From contig CAWHDZ010000040.1 of the NCBI GenBank assembly GCA_963828255.1, positions 192,001-256,000 of the forward strand: a stretch of DNA of 64,000 nucleotides, read 5' to 3'. The translations under genes were made by a program, and so were the position numbers. This DNA comes from an uncultured delta proteobacterium. GTDB taxonomy: Bacteria; Myxococcota; Myxococcia; Myxococcales; Anaeromyxobacteraceae. Below are positions 20,411 through 29,995 of the stretch, piece by piece (the stretch's first letter is position 1; each line of letters opens with the position of its first letter). Under the pieces are notes generated by a model. The model was given only the letters and a program-made list of their open reading frames with translations, was not told the origin of the DNA and did not search any database.

Positions 20411-21412
20411 TTACCTTCCGGCGGTTACCGGCGCGGATAAACCCTCCAGGGAAGCCGTGTCCGGCACCCGAGGGGATGAGGGTCCGCCCGTGTTGGCGAA
20501 CCCTCGTCCCTTCCCCGGGCGCCCGATGCACCGGCAGCGTTGCCGGTGCCTCACTCGGGCCACCTCAGGAACGCGGCAACGGTCTCCTTGGTGTAGGGAT
20601 GCTCGGGGCCCGGGCCCTCTGCATGTCCCGGCGCATCTGTGCCGCGGCTCACTTGACCGTGGGTGATCCGGCCCGGGCCGGGGGATGTGGAGGCCGCGGC
20701 ACCGCACATCGCCCGTCCGAGGTGTAGGGCTTGCCGGACGACCTTGCGTCGCGCGACGCGAGCTAACCGAAGCCTCACGGCTCGGAACGGCGGGGTTGGG
20801 GCACGCCCGGGGGAGGGACCCCAAGGCGCAGCCCACACCACGCACCGGCAGGAGGAGTCCACCGGCCCGGCGGCCACGGGGTCCACCCCCCGAGGCCGCC
20901 GACTTCAGCACGCGCCGAGGGGTCGAGTCCGGTCGCCGAACTGCCTCAAGCCGATTCCAGAGGGCGAGCCAGGGAACTGAAGCGAAGCGGGCGGCCCGGT
21001 CGCGAGGCCCGCCCACCCACGCCGCTCAGTCCACCGGGACCATCGTCTGATTCACGGGGACCATCGGGTACGTTCCTGTAATCGCTAGCGATCCCGCCGA
21101 CGTCCACCGCCCGCCGGTGGGGCGAGGTGACGCCCGAGGTGACGGCAGGAACAGCCGGAAACGGCCCGTCCTTGCGTCGGGAGGGGCCGTGGGGTGTCAG
21201 GGGATGGGAGCCACCGGCGGTGGGCTCCTACGGGCGCCTAGCGCGTCTGCATGACCCCGACCCGGCGGCCCGGCCCACCTAGCGTGAAGGTCCGCCGCCA
21301 CGGGACGGTGTCCGCAGGGTCCGCATCATGCGGAGGCAGGGGCCTTCGGCCGCGCCCCGGCCACCGGCGCAGTCTTCGCTGGTTTGGATCCGCCCCGGTA
21401 TGATGCCGCCCA

Positions 21413-24400
21413 ATGAAGGTCGAGGAGTTCATCTCCAAGTGGTCAGGATCGAGCGGGTCGGAGCGGGCTAACTGCCAGCCCTTCCTGCTCGACTTCTGTG
21501 ACACCCTCGGTGTGGAGAAACCCTCACCGGCGACGGGCGACAAGTTCGCCTTCGAGAAGAAGGCAGTCCTCAAGAAGGAGAAGGGCGCGACTGTCGGGCG
21601 CATCGACCTCTACAAGGAGGGGTGCTTCATCCTAGAGGCGAAGCAGGCCGGTGGTGCCGACTCGAAGAAGGTCGGGCTAGTGAAGCGTGGGACCTCGCAA
21701 TGGGCAATCACGATGCGGGATGCCTTCGGGCAGGCGGTTCAGTACGCCGACACCGTTGACGAACCGCCGCCGTTCATCCTCACGACGGACATTGGCTACT
21801 GCTTCGATCTCTACTCGTCCTTCGACGGAATGGGGCTGTATCGAGCCTTCCCCAACGCTCAGAAGAACCGGGTCTTCCTGAAAGACCTCCCGGACCACGT
21901 AGACACCTTCCGGGCAATCTTCACCGACCCTTTGGTCCTCGACCCTTCCACGAAGGCGACGAAGGTAACCCGGGAAGTGGCGGCGCATCTCGCCGAGTTA
22001 GCCCGCTCCCTGGAAGAGGCAAAGCACCCACCGGAGCGTGTGGCGAAGTTCCTCATGCGGTGCATCTTCACGATGTTCGCAGAGGACGTCGGGATGCTGC
22101 CCGAAAAGCTCTTCACCACGTTGCTAGAGCAGCAATGGCTAGTGAAGCCTTCCGCCTTTCCCAAAGGCGTCCAGACTCTTTGGAAGGCGATGAACGATGG
22201 GTCCGACTTCATCACGGGCAAGTTGCTTCGATTCAACGGTGGCCTATTCAAGGACCCCGATGCGCTTCCCCTGAAAGCGGAGCAGTTGCTCCTGTTACAG
22301 GAGGCCGCCTCCTGCGATTGGTCCGAGGTCGAGCCCGCCATCTTCGGGACACTCTTGGAGCGAGCCCTCGATCCCCGGGAACGCCACCGGCTGGGGGCTC
22401 ACTTCACGCCCCGCGCCTACGTCGAGCGGCTAGTCCGACCCACCATCGAGGAGCCGCTCCGGGCTGATTGGGACCTAGTCCGCGCCGAGGTTCGCCAGTT
22501 GGTGGCCGCCGGAAGGAACGCCCCTGCAAAGAAGGCGGTGCTCGCCTTCTACGACAAGCTCTGCCACGTGCGCGTGCTCGACCCAGCCTGCGGCACCGGC
22601 AACTTCCTGTACGTCACGCTCGACATCTTCAAACGCCTGGAGGCCGAGGTCGTCGGCCTCCTGTCCGAGTTGGAGGAGGCGCAGGTCCGAGGCGAAACCG
22701 TTGGCTACGGTGTCACGCCCCGGCAGTTCCTAGGCATCGAGGTCAAACCCTGGGCCAAGGAGATCGCCGAACTGGTCTTGTGGATCGGCTATCTGCAATG
22801 GCACTTCCGCACCCGGGGCAGGGTCGCTCCACCGGAGCCCGTGTTGCAGGACTTCGGAAACATTGAGTGCCGCGATGCGGTACTGGCATGGGACCGTGAG
22901 GAAATCCTGAGGGACGCGAAGGGGCGAGTCGTGACCCGGTGGGATGGAGTCACGACGAAGAAGTCACCCGTAACCGGCGAGGAGATCCCGGACGAGTCCG
23001 CCACTATCCCGATCAAGATCTTCGAGAATGCTCGACAGGCGGAGTGGCCTCAAGCGGACTTCATCGTTGGGAATCCACCCTTCTCGGGAACGAAGAAGAT
23101 GCGTGCCACCCTTGGGGATGGCTACGTAGACGCCCTCCGCGAGGTCTACTCAAAGGGCGTCGAGGATAATGCGGATTACGTTCTCTATTGGTGGCACAAA
23201 GCTGCCACGTTGGTTGAGCGCAACGCGGTCCGACGATTCGGCTTGATCACCACCAACAGCATCACCCAGACATTCAATCGGCGAGTGCTCGCCGAGCATC
23301 TAGCCAACGGCACACGAATCGCGTGGGCAATTCCTAACCACCCTTGGGAAGTGGGCGATGAAGCGGGTGCCGCCGTGCGCATTGCGATGACCGTGGGAGC
23401 GCACGACGAGGGTCTCTGCATCTTGGAGAAGATCGTTCGGGAAGAGCCTTCAAAGGAACCAGGCGAGCCGTCCACGCTTGAGTTCAGCGTGACTGTGGCT
23501 CCGGCAATCCATGAGGACTTGAGCGTAGGGGCCGACAAAGCCGGTGCTTTACCCCTGCAATCAAACCTTGGATTCACCGGGTTTGGTGTGGCTCTTCATG
23601 GAGCGGGGTTTATCCTCGACGCCCAACAGCCGACTCCATGAGAAAGGGTGGCGAGCCCGGAACGATTCGACGCTACCTTGGTGGGAGGGACCTTCAAAGG
23701 GTTCCGAGAGAGTTGTACGTGATCGACTTCTTCGGGAAGACGGAGGCGCAGGCACGCACGGCGAACCCAAAGGCGTTTCAGCACGCCTCGACTACGTGTA
23801 CCCGGAGCGAAAGCACAACCGCCGAGACAGTATTCGGAAGCTTTGGTGGCGGTTTGGCTGGGAACGGCCAGAACTGCGAAAAGTGTTGAAGGGTCTTCCG
23901 AGATACATCGCAACCACCGAGACGGCGACCCACCGCGTCTTCCAGTTCTTCCGGCGGAAGTGCTCCCCGACCACATGATTGTGGTTATCGGGTCTGCCGA
24001 TGCCTACGTCCTTGGAGTTCTGTCGTCCGCATTCACTAACTTGGGCTTTAGCGGCGGGAGACTCGGGGTGGGCAATGACCCGCGCTACAACAAGTCTCGG
24101 TGCTTCGACCGTTTCCGTTCCCGGTACATTCGCCAAAGTACAGGCCAGTATCGAGGCATTGGGGGAGGCCATCGACACGCACCGCAAGGCGCGGCAGAAG
24201 GAGTTCCCCACCTCACCATCACCAACATCTACAACGTGCTGGAGAAGGTCGCGGCGGTGAGACTCTCTCGGCAAAGGACAAGGTCATCACGACAGGCTAG
24301 CTCGATTCTGAAGCAACTCCACGACGACTCGACGCGGCGCCTTCGATGCCTACGGATGGCCGCACAATCTGAGACGAGCAAATCCTAGAGGGCTTGTAGC

Positions 24401-24670
24401 CTCAATGCCGAGCGGGCGAAGGAAGAGGCGCGGGGGCTCGTCGGTGGCTGCGCCCGCCTACCAGAACCGAGCGGCGTGAAGGTTGCCGAGGTCAGGGCAC
24501 GCTCGACGTTGGCGTCAGGCCGCGCTGAGGCGGCACCGGGGGCGAGGCGTGGCAAGAAGCACCGGACCGTGTCGCGCGTTCGTCGGCTCATGGCGAAGGG
24601 CGGCTCTTGGACCGCTCCGAGATGGCTGAAACTTAAGGGAGCGAAGCTCGCGACGTCGTGGAGGTGCTAG
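21413..24670 (+). CDS. MmeI-like type IIL/IIG restriction-modification enzyme (nuclease, m6A MTase, TRD); frame intact to about 23630, then multiply frameshifted; 3' end approximate
   Basis: GRIDLYKEGCFILEAKQ (PD-D/ExK), RFNGGLF, GAHFTP, VLDPACGTGNFL, IVGNPPF; continuation fragments WWRFGWERPELR, GNDPRYNKSRCFD, PFPFP and LTITNIYN lie in shifting frames. Confidence 0.85.
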
Positions 24671-24929
24671 CTAGCTCGGAGCCTCGGGCTCGATCGTACG
24701 AAGCCGAAGGCGTGCGGCGGTGGCGTCTGCGGGCGGCAGGCTGCGTGACCATCGGGGCCGCAAGCCACCGCGGGTAGCGGGCGCTACGGCTAATAGGGTC
24801 GTTATCATTTCGGCGGAGGGGAGAAGCTGTAGAGAGCGCGGTAGGACGCGGGGCGGAGAACGGAGAAGGCGGGTCGGGCGGGCGCGGAGGAGAGGAGACA
24901 CGCCGACGGGAGTGTGTGGAGAGTTGTGA

Positions 24930-25670
24930 AGAAATTCACAATGAAACTGATGTTGTTAAATTGGTTCGGAAATAAGCAAGATCGAGTTGATAAGGAAAAG
25001 CGTTAAAAGGATGGTAGTACACAAATGTGCTTTTGTTGTGTGATGAAGGAGGAAATGCGAAACAGTAGAGTGTTGTTTGTGGAGGAATTTGTTGGGGAAA
25101 AAAAAAGAATGCAGAACTGAGAGAGCGTGGTGTTTGATGAAGTGCCGATGATTATAAAGTACACGAAATGAGTAGGAAAGTAGTGAGAAGAAAAATAAAA
25201 ATGATAGTAGTATGTAGAATGATAAAATGAGTAGATGGATAACGTGAAGGAGATGTCGGAATTAGGTGAGGGTATTGGTTTGGTAAAGGAGACTGTTGAG
25301 TAGAATGGCAATTTTGAGATTTGTATAATGTTGGTAAAAAGTGAAGGTAAAGTAAAATCGATTGTTGTAATGAGAAGGTTTTGTGTAAGATATGATGAAT
25401 TGTTAATAAATTGGATGAAATAGTGATGCAATTGAGGGAATTAAGATATGAAGGGATGGGATGGAGTGTAAATTTGGAAGTTATAAAGCAATAAAGAAAA
25501 GAGAAAAAAGAAAAAAAAATATAATAAAAAAGTAAAAAAAAAAATAAAAATTTAAAAAATAAAAATATAAATATATAAAAAAAAAAATTTAAAAATATAA
25601 TATAAAATAATATAAATAAAAAATAAAATATTAAAATAAAATATAAATAAAAAAATAAAATAATAATATG
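24930..25670. other. Extremely A/T-rich, purine-skewed low-complexity tract; probable sequencing or assembly artefact
   Basis: Gradual drift from GC-rich to almost pure A/T, abrupt return at about 25670, frameshift density rising towards it from both sides. Confidence 0.7.
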
Positions 25671-25699
25671 CGCCCCGCAGGCGGCGACCGCTGTGAAGA

Positions 25700-26563
25700 G
25701 AGAGGTGCTTCTCGCGACCGACGCACGATGCGTAAGTCGATCCTCGAGACAGCGGGATCGACGCGACCACGATGCGTCAAGGTCAGGCGCTGCTGACACG
25801 CGAGTCGCGTCAATGACGTCTCGCGCACAACGCGCCGGCATGTCCAACAGGACCTCGCCTCAACTCAGCCGCGAGACGAGTCCGCACATCGCTGGTAGAA
25901 GTCGGCCACGATGCCGGGCGAGGTTGGCTACGTTGTCCGCGTCTACCGCGCGTCGTGATCGTCGTGGCGCTGCCATGAAGTCGCGAGTAGCTTGATAGGG
26001 CGCGGGTCGTCGCTGCACGACGCGAGGGTGCGCGCCGATGCGGAGTGTCAGTTGCAGGTTCGCCCACACCATCTCGGCGTCCGGCCAGGAGGCGACCTCG
26101 TCGGCGACGGCGTGCGAGTGCGACGGGCCGCGAAGTTGATCCGCTTCCTCGGCGCTGTACGTCGTCGCCATCGCGCCGATTTGAAGAGGACGCGCCGCAC
26201 CGAGGCAGGTAGGTCGGTCGTTCCTCTCGGGATGCACCGCCAGGACGCCCGCCGGGCCTTCGACGAGGACGTCGCGGCAATCGGCGGCGGTCGGCCAACG
26301 ATGGCGATTCGCGCAGCAGGATCGCGCGCCCACGCGCGCACCGTTTCCGAAGGACGCGAGTCTTTCCCACCGCGTCCGGTCACCAGCAACCACGTCCGCC
26401 AGTCGCCGGGCGGGGCGCTGGACAGGCCTCGCCCACGTCGGCCAGTCGTACAGGAGGGCGACCATCTCGTCGGGCGACAGGGAGGCGAGGAATGCGGCCC
26501 GGGCAGCGTCCGGGAGGGTCGCAGAAGGTCGCGGAGGTTCCCTGCGAGGTTTCCCTGCGTCAA
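25700..26563 (-). pseudogene. Terminase large subunit (Terminase_6/GTA-TerL-like), frameshifted and truncated as assembled; 3' end approximate
   Basis: Fragments LLYDWPTWARPVQ, PPGDWRTWLLVTGRGGK (Walker A), RDVLVEGPAGVL, YSAEEADQLRGP..AVADEVASW (Walker B), WANLQLTLRIG, DNVANL; TTGA overlap with the terS stop. Confidence 0.78.
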
Positions 26564-27048
26564 GGGTCGCCCCCCACGTCAGCGGGAATGGCCTGCGGCG
26601 CTGCGCGTTCGTCGGATGGTGCCCTACCTGCGGCAGGTAGTGCCCGGGTCTCGTGAGGCGCGTCCGCCGCGCACGCGCCCAACTCATGCACCGACTCGCG
26701 CGCCGCCACGAGTCCCGCCACCCGCTGCGCGAGGACCGTGCGCATGGCGTCCACGTCGACCGTGTGGGCGACTTCGAGGCGGTCGGGTTCCCAGCTACGC
26801 GGCCCGACGCCTGCGCGGTCCATGATGGCCGTGGCGGCTGCCACGCGCACGCGCTCGTCCTCGGAGTCCAACAGGTCGGCGAGGCGGAGGATGGCGGTGG
26901 GGACGTGGGCCAGGGCGAGGCGGCGGCACTCGGCGACGGCGGCGGGGATCTCGCGCGGCAAGCCGGTCGGGTTGCCCGACTGCCCCGGCCGCCAGGGTCG
27001 CCCCGGGCCTCGGCGGCGGTCGGTGGCTGGTTCGCTGGTTGCACTCAT
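26560..27048 (-). CDS. Putative terminase small subunit (DUF5681-like)
   Basis: GRPWRPGQSGNPTG motif followed by helical VRVAAATAIMDRAG; directly upstream of terL. Confidence 0.65.
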   Translation of the reverse strand: MSATSEPATDRRRGPGRPWRPGQSGNPTGLPREIPAAVAECRRLALAHVPTAILRLADLLDSEDERVRVAAATAIMDRAGVGPRSWEPDRLEVAHTVDVDAMRTVLAQRVAGLVAARESVHELGACAADAPHETRALPAAGRAPSDERAAPQAIPADVGGDP

Positions 27049-27084
27049 GCCCTTCACCATCGCACCGTAGGTGAAAGGCGTCGA

Positions 27085-27265
27085 TCCTCCGGACTCTCCG
27101 GAATCCTCCGGCTGACTCTCCGGGCGGCCACGGGTGGAAGGAGAGACCCGGAGTAGCCCGATACTCCGGACTCTCCCGTCCCTATAGGTCGGAGTATTTC
27201 TCCGGAGGGTTTTCCGGAGGATTGAGGAGGGGTCACGATTCGGACCCTCCGGAATCGTCCGGGAC
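27085..27265. repeat. Iteron-like TCCGG(A) array with an internal inverted repeat; putative replication origin
   Basis: About 9 TCCGG copies (27088, 27097, 27107, 27119, 27165, 27201, 27213, 27248, 27258); atactccg/cggagtat flank cctatagg. Confidence 0.65.
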
Positions 27266-28714
27266 CGGGTCGCCGTTGATGGCGCGGCGCGGGTCGTTCC
27301 CGAGGGCGAGGGTGATGCCGCGCTTGTTGCGGGTGGCGATCTTGAGGACGCCCCGGGTGAGGGCGACCTCGATCAGGGGGTACACAGCGTCACGGGGCAG
27401 CCCCAACTCCCCGTGGCGCTGGTGAAGCATGTGGCGCGATACGGGGCCGGTCTGGAGGAAGTCCTCGACCTTCTCGTACAGGTGGCGCAGTTGCCCCCAC
27501 ACGCGCTGGCGGTCCAACTCCACTCGGGCCGCGTTGCGCTGTGCCTGCTCCGGGTTGAGGGCGACGTCGTCGGGCAGGCTGAATACCGCGCCGAATCCCC
27601 CGTCGCAGCGGACCAAGGTGATCGGCGCGTGGCGACGAGTCGACGGAGACGGCTTACCGTGTCCCAGGACGACGAGGTCGTCAGCGGGGAAGCGGTCCGC
27701 CCACGGCTTCGCCTCGTCGCTGCTGGCCGGGAACACGGTCAGGACGTTGCGGGAATTCATGGTGAATGCCCCGCCGCCCCGGGCCGACTCGATGGCGCTG
27801 TCGTTGTCCTTCGACGCGGCTTTCGTCGGGTGGTGAATGCAGATCACGGCCGCGCCAGTAGCCCGGGCGATGCGCCCGAGGGCCGACTGAAGTGCGCTCA
27901 TGGCGGCGTTGTCCTCGTCGTCGACGAGGCGTGATGCCGTCTCGATGAGGATCAGCTTGGCTCCGACACCCAGGGCCGCCTCGATGATGGCGTCGGCCTC
28001 GGCCGTCGGCCGGGCCTCACGTCGAGACTCGGATCCGAGGCGAACGGTGACGACCTCGGAGAGACGGGCGACGCCCTCGGACTTGTCGACGACCCAGATG
28101 CGGTTGAGTGCGCCCTCGACGTTGATCGTCGTCGCCTGGGAGATGGCGGCGGCCTTCCGCACCCAGTCGTCGAGGGAATCCTCGGCGGAGTAGACGAGGA
28201 CGGGGCCGCCTCCCGGGTAGAGGGGCAGGCCCCAGATTCTTTCTTCACCGGCAGCGAAGGCGAAGACCACCTGCGCCGCGAGGGCCGACTTCCCGACCGA
28301 CTGTGGACCGAAGAGGACCGACGACTTTCCGAACGGGATCATGCCGTCGAGGACGAACTCCTCGACGGGAGGGTTCCGCACGTCGGCGATCAAGATTGAC
28401 CGCAAGTCGAGGGTGGGCTTCGGGGCGGCCGCGAGCGACGCGGCCGCCTCACGCAGGAGGTCGACGCCGTTCTCTATAAGCTGGCGCTGCGCCTCCACAT
28501 CCCCAGCGCGGGCGAGGATGCGGAGGCGATCCTCGTCCCTCGTGATGTCTTCCCATCGGCGCTTCGCCGCCCACGCTCTCTCTCTGATCTTGCGTTCCTC
28601 GGGGGTGACTGGTTCCTCGTCGGGCAACTGTGTCGACATGTAGGCGCGCGTCGTCTCGAAGCGCTCGCGGATCTCGCGCTGCACGTCCTCGTCGCTGCGC
28701 TCGTCGGGACTCAC
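27233..28714 (-). CDS. RecA-like AAA_25/RepA-type replicative helicase
   Basis: GPQSVGKS Walker A, VLVYSAED, LILIETASR, IHHPTK, ARGGGA; GTGA overlap with the upstream ORF. Confidence 0.85.
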   Translation of the reverse strand: MSPDERSDEDVQREIRERFETTRAYMSTQLPDEEPVTPEERKIRERAWAAKRRWEDITRDEDRLRILARAGDVEAQRQLIENGVDLLREAAASLAAAPKPTLDLRSILIADVRNPPVEEFVLDGMIPFGKSSVLFGPQSVGKSALAAQVVFAFAAGEERIWGLPLYPGGGPVLVYSAEDSLDDWVRKAAAISQATTINVEGALNRIWVVDKSEGVARLSEVVTVRLGSESRREARPTAEADAIIEAALGVGAKLILIETASRLVDDEDNAAMSALQSALGRIARATGAAVICIHHPTKAASKDNDSAIESARGGGAFTMNSRNVLTVFPASSDEAKPWADRFPADDLVVLGHGKPSPSTRRHAPITLVRCDGGFGAVFSLPDDVALNPEQAQRNAARVELDRQRVWGQLRHLYEKVEDFLQTGPVSRHMLHQRHGELGLPRDAVYPLIEVALTRGVLKIATRNKRGITLALGNDPRRAINGDPVPDDSGGSES

Positions 28715-28920
28715 GCGGCACCCGCCGCCGGACTGATGCTCGCCGACACCTCGGGGTCGCAGCGGCACCCGCCGCCCGCCAGCTTCGGGCACTCCGCGTC
28801 GTGGGCGACGTCGATGAGGACGACGGACCCGGGCGCGAGGCCGCCCGCTGCCCAGACGGCGGCGGCGAAGTCACGCTCGTTCCAGCCCCGGGCCCACTTC
28901 ACCACCCGTGCGCCAGTCAT
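28711..28920 (-). CDS. Small hypothetical protein with HDxxC..CxCxP putative Zn-binding motif
   Basis: VAHDAECPKLAGGGCRCDPEV; coupled on both sides by ATGA/GTGA overlaps. Confidence 0.65.
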   Translation of the reverse strand: MTGARVVKWARGWNERDFAAAVWAAGGLAPGSVVLIDVAHDAECPKLAGGGCRCDPEVSASISPAAGAA

Positions 28921-29159
28921 GCCGGGCCGGTGGTGGCGTGCGCGAGGTTGCGGGACGGCGGCGCGGTCTTCTCGTTGGCGGCTTCCCACCTCTCGATTTC
29001 GTCGATCCACCACAGCCTGCGGACGCCGAGATAGTGCGGCTTCGGGAACCCGCAGAATCCGGGCGCACCGTCCGTGTACCAGCGACGAAGGGTCGAGGCG
29101 TCGACGTTGCCGAGACGCTGTAGGAGATCCCGGGCTTGGATGCGGTGGCGCTGCGTCAT
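28917..29159 (-). CDS. AlpA-like HTH regulator/excisionase
   Basis: LGNVDASTLRRWY..FPKPHYLG..RLWWIDEIERW; GGAGGTG RBS. Confidence 0.8.
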   Translation of the reverse strand: MTQRHRIQARDLLQRLGNVDASTLRRWYTDGAPGFCGFPKPHYLGVRRLWWIDEIERWEAANEKTAPPSRNLAHATTGPA

Positions 29160-29266
29160 CGGTTCACCTCCCAGCGCAAGTGCGCTGTGAGTGAACGCTA
29201 CTCGGGGAAGGGGCGGCTTGTACGGGCGCAACTACGCGCGACCGGCGGTCCTGCGCACTTCCCCGA

Positions 29267-29995
29267 TCAGCGGCGAGGTGCCTTCCGGGGGCGGCCGTGA
29301 GGGCGGGCGCCGAGACGTCCGCACTTCACGCCCTCCTTCCACAGGTCGTCCAGCTTTCGAGCGGAGACTCCCAGCTTGGCGGCGATGGAGTCGCTGTACC
29401 TCTCGCCGTCCGCGACAAGAGCCACGAGGTCGTCGAGTAGCGTCGCGTCGCGGTCCCTGGCCTTCTTCGTCCTCGCGCCGCTGCCCTTCTTCGACGTCTC
29501 GGTGCGCTGTGCGGCGCGTCCTTCCTCGTGACCCTCGACACGGCCCGTCTTGTGACCCTCGGCGCGCCCTTCCTCTCGTTCCTCGCCTTCCTCAACGTCG
29601 CGGGCGCGCTGCGTGTAGTCGTGCAGTTCCTCCGATTCTTCGCGCGTGCGTCGCGCCGACGGCGTCAGGTGTTCGAGGACGCCGGGCGGCACCGGCTTCG
29701 GGCGCTTCCGCGCGTCGGCAACAGCACGACGCCGGGTCGACAAGGGGGCCGCCGGTCCGGGGACCGTGCCGCGTTCGTCGTCCTTGCGGCGCGCAGCGAT
29801 GCCTGCCGCGTGTTCGGCGTTGGTCGCTTCGGCTTCCTCACGCGCCTCCTCGGTCGTGAGGCGTCCGGGCCCGCCACCGCGAAAGCCTGTAGACGCCGCC
29901 CGCTGGACAGCCGCGACGAGGTCGTCGGCGGTCACGTCGGGATCGAAGAGCAGCCACGTGGGCACCGCGCCCTTCTTCTCTCCCGGGCCCGTCAC
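29267..29995 (-). CDS. Hypothetical protein with a possible C-terminal HTH
   Basis: GTGA overlap with the integrase stop; SDSIAAKLGVSARKL HTH-like segment; charged EEG repeats. Confidence 0.55.
   Translation of the reverse strand: MTGPGEKKGAVPTWLLFDPDVTADDLVAAVQRAASTGFRGGGPGRLTTEEAREEAEATNAEHAAGIAARRKDDERGTVPGPAAPLSTRRRAVADARKRPKPVPPGVLEHLTPSARRTREESEELHDYTQRARDVEEGEEREEGRAEGHKTGRVEGHEEGRAAQRTETSKKGSGARTKKARDRDATLLDDLVALVADGERYSDSIAAKLGVSARKLDDLWKEGVKCGRLGARPHGRPRKAPRR

Noticed and set aside
25003..25847. Phe/Ile/Tyr-rich 'membrane protein' ORFs on the minus strand
   Set aside because: Translations of the low-complexity A-rich tract, which is probably an artefact
27085..27265. CRISPR-like array
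   Set aside because: Units are 5-9 bp with no unique 30-40-bp spacers, and no cas genes are present in the window
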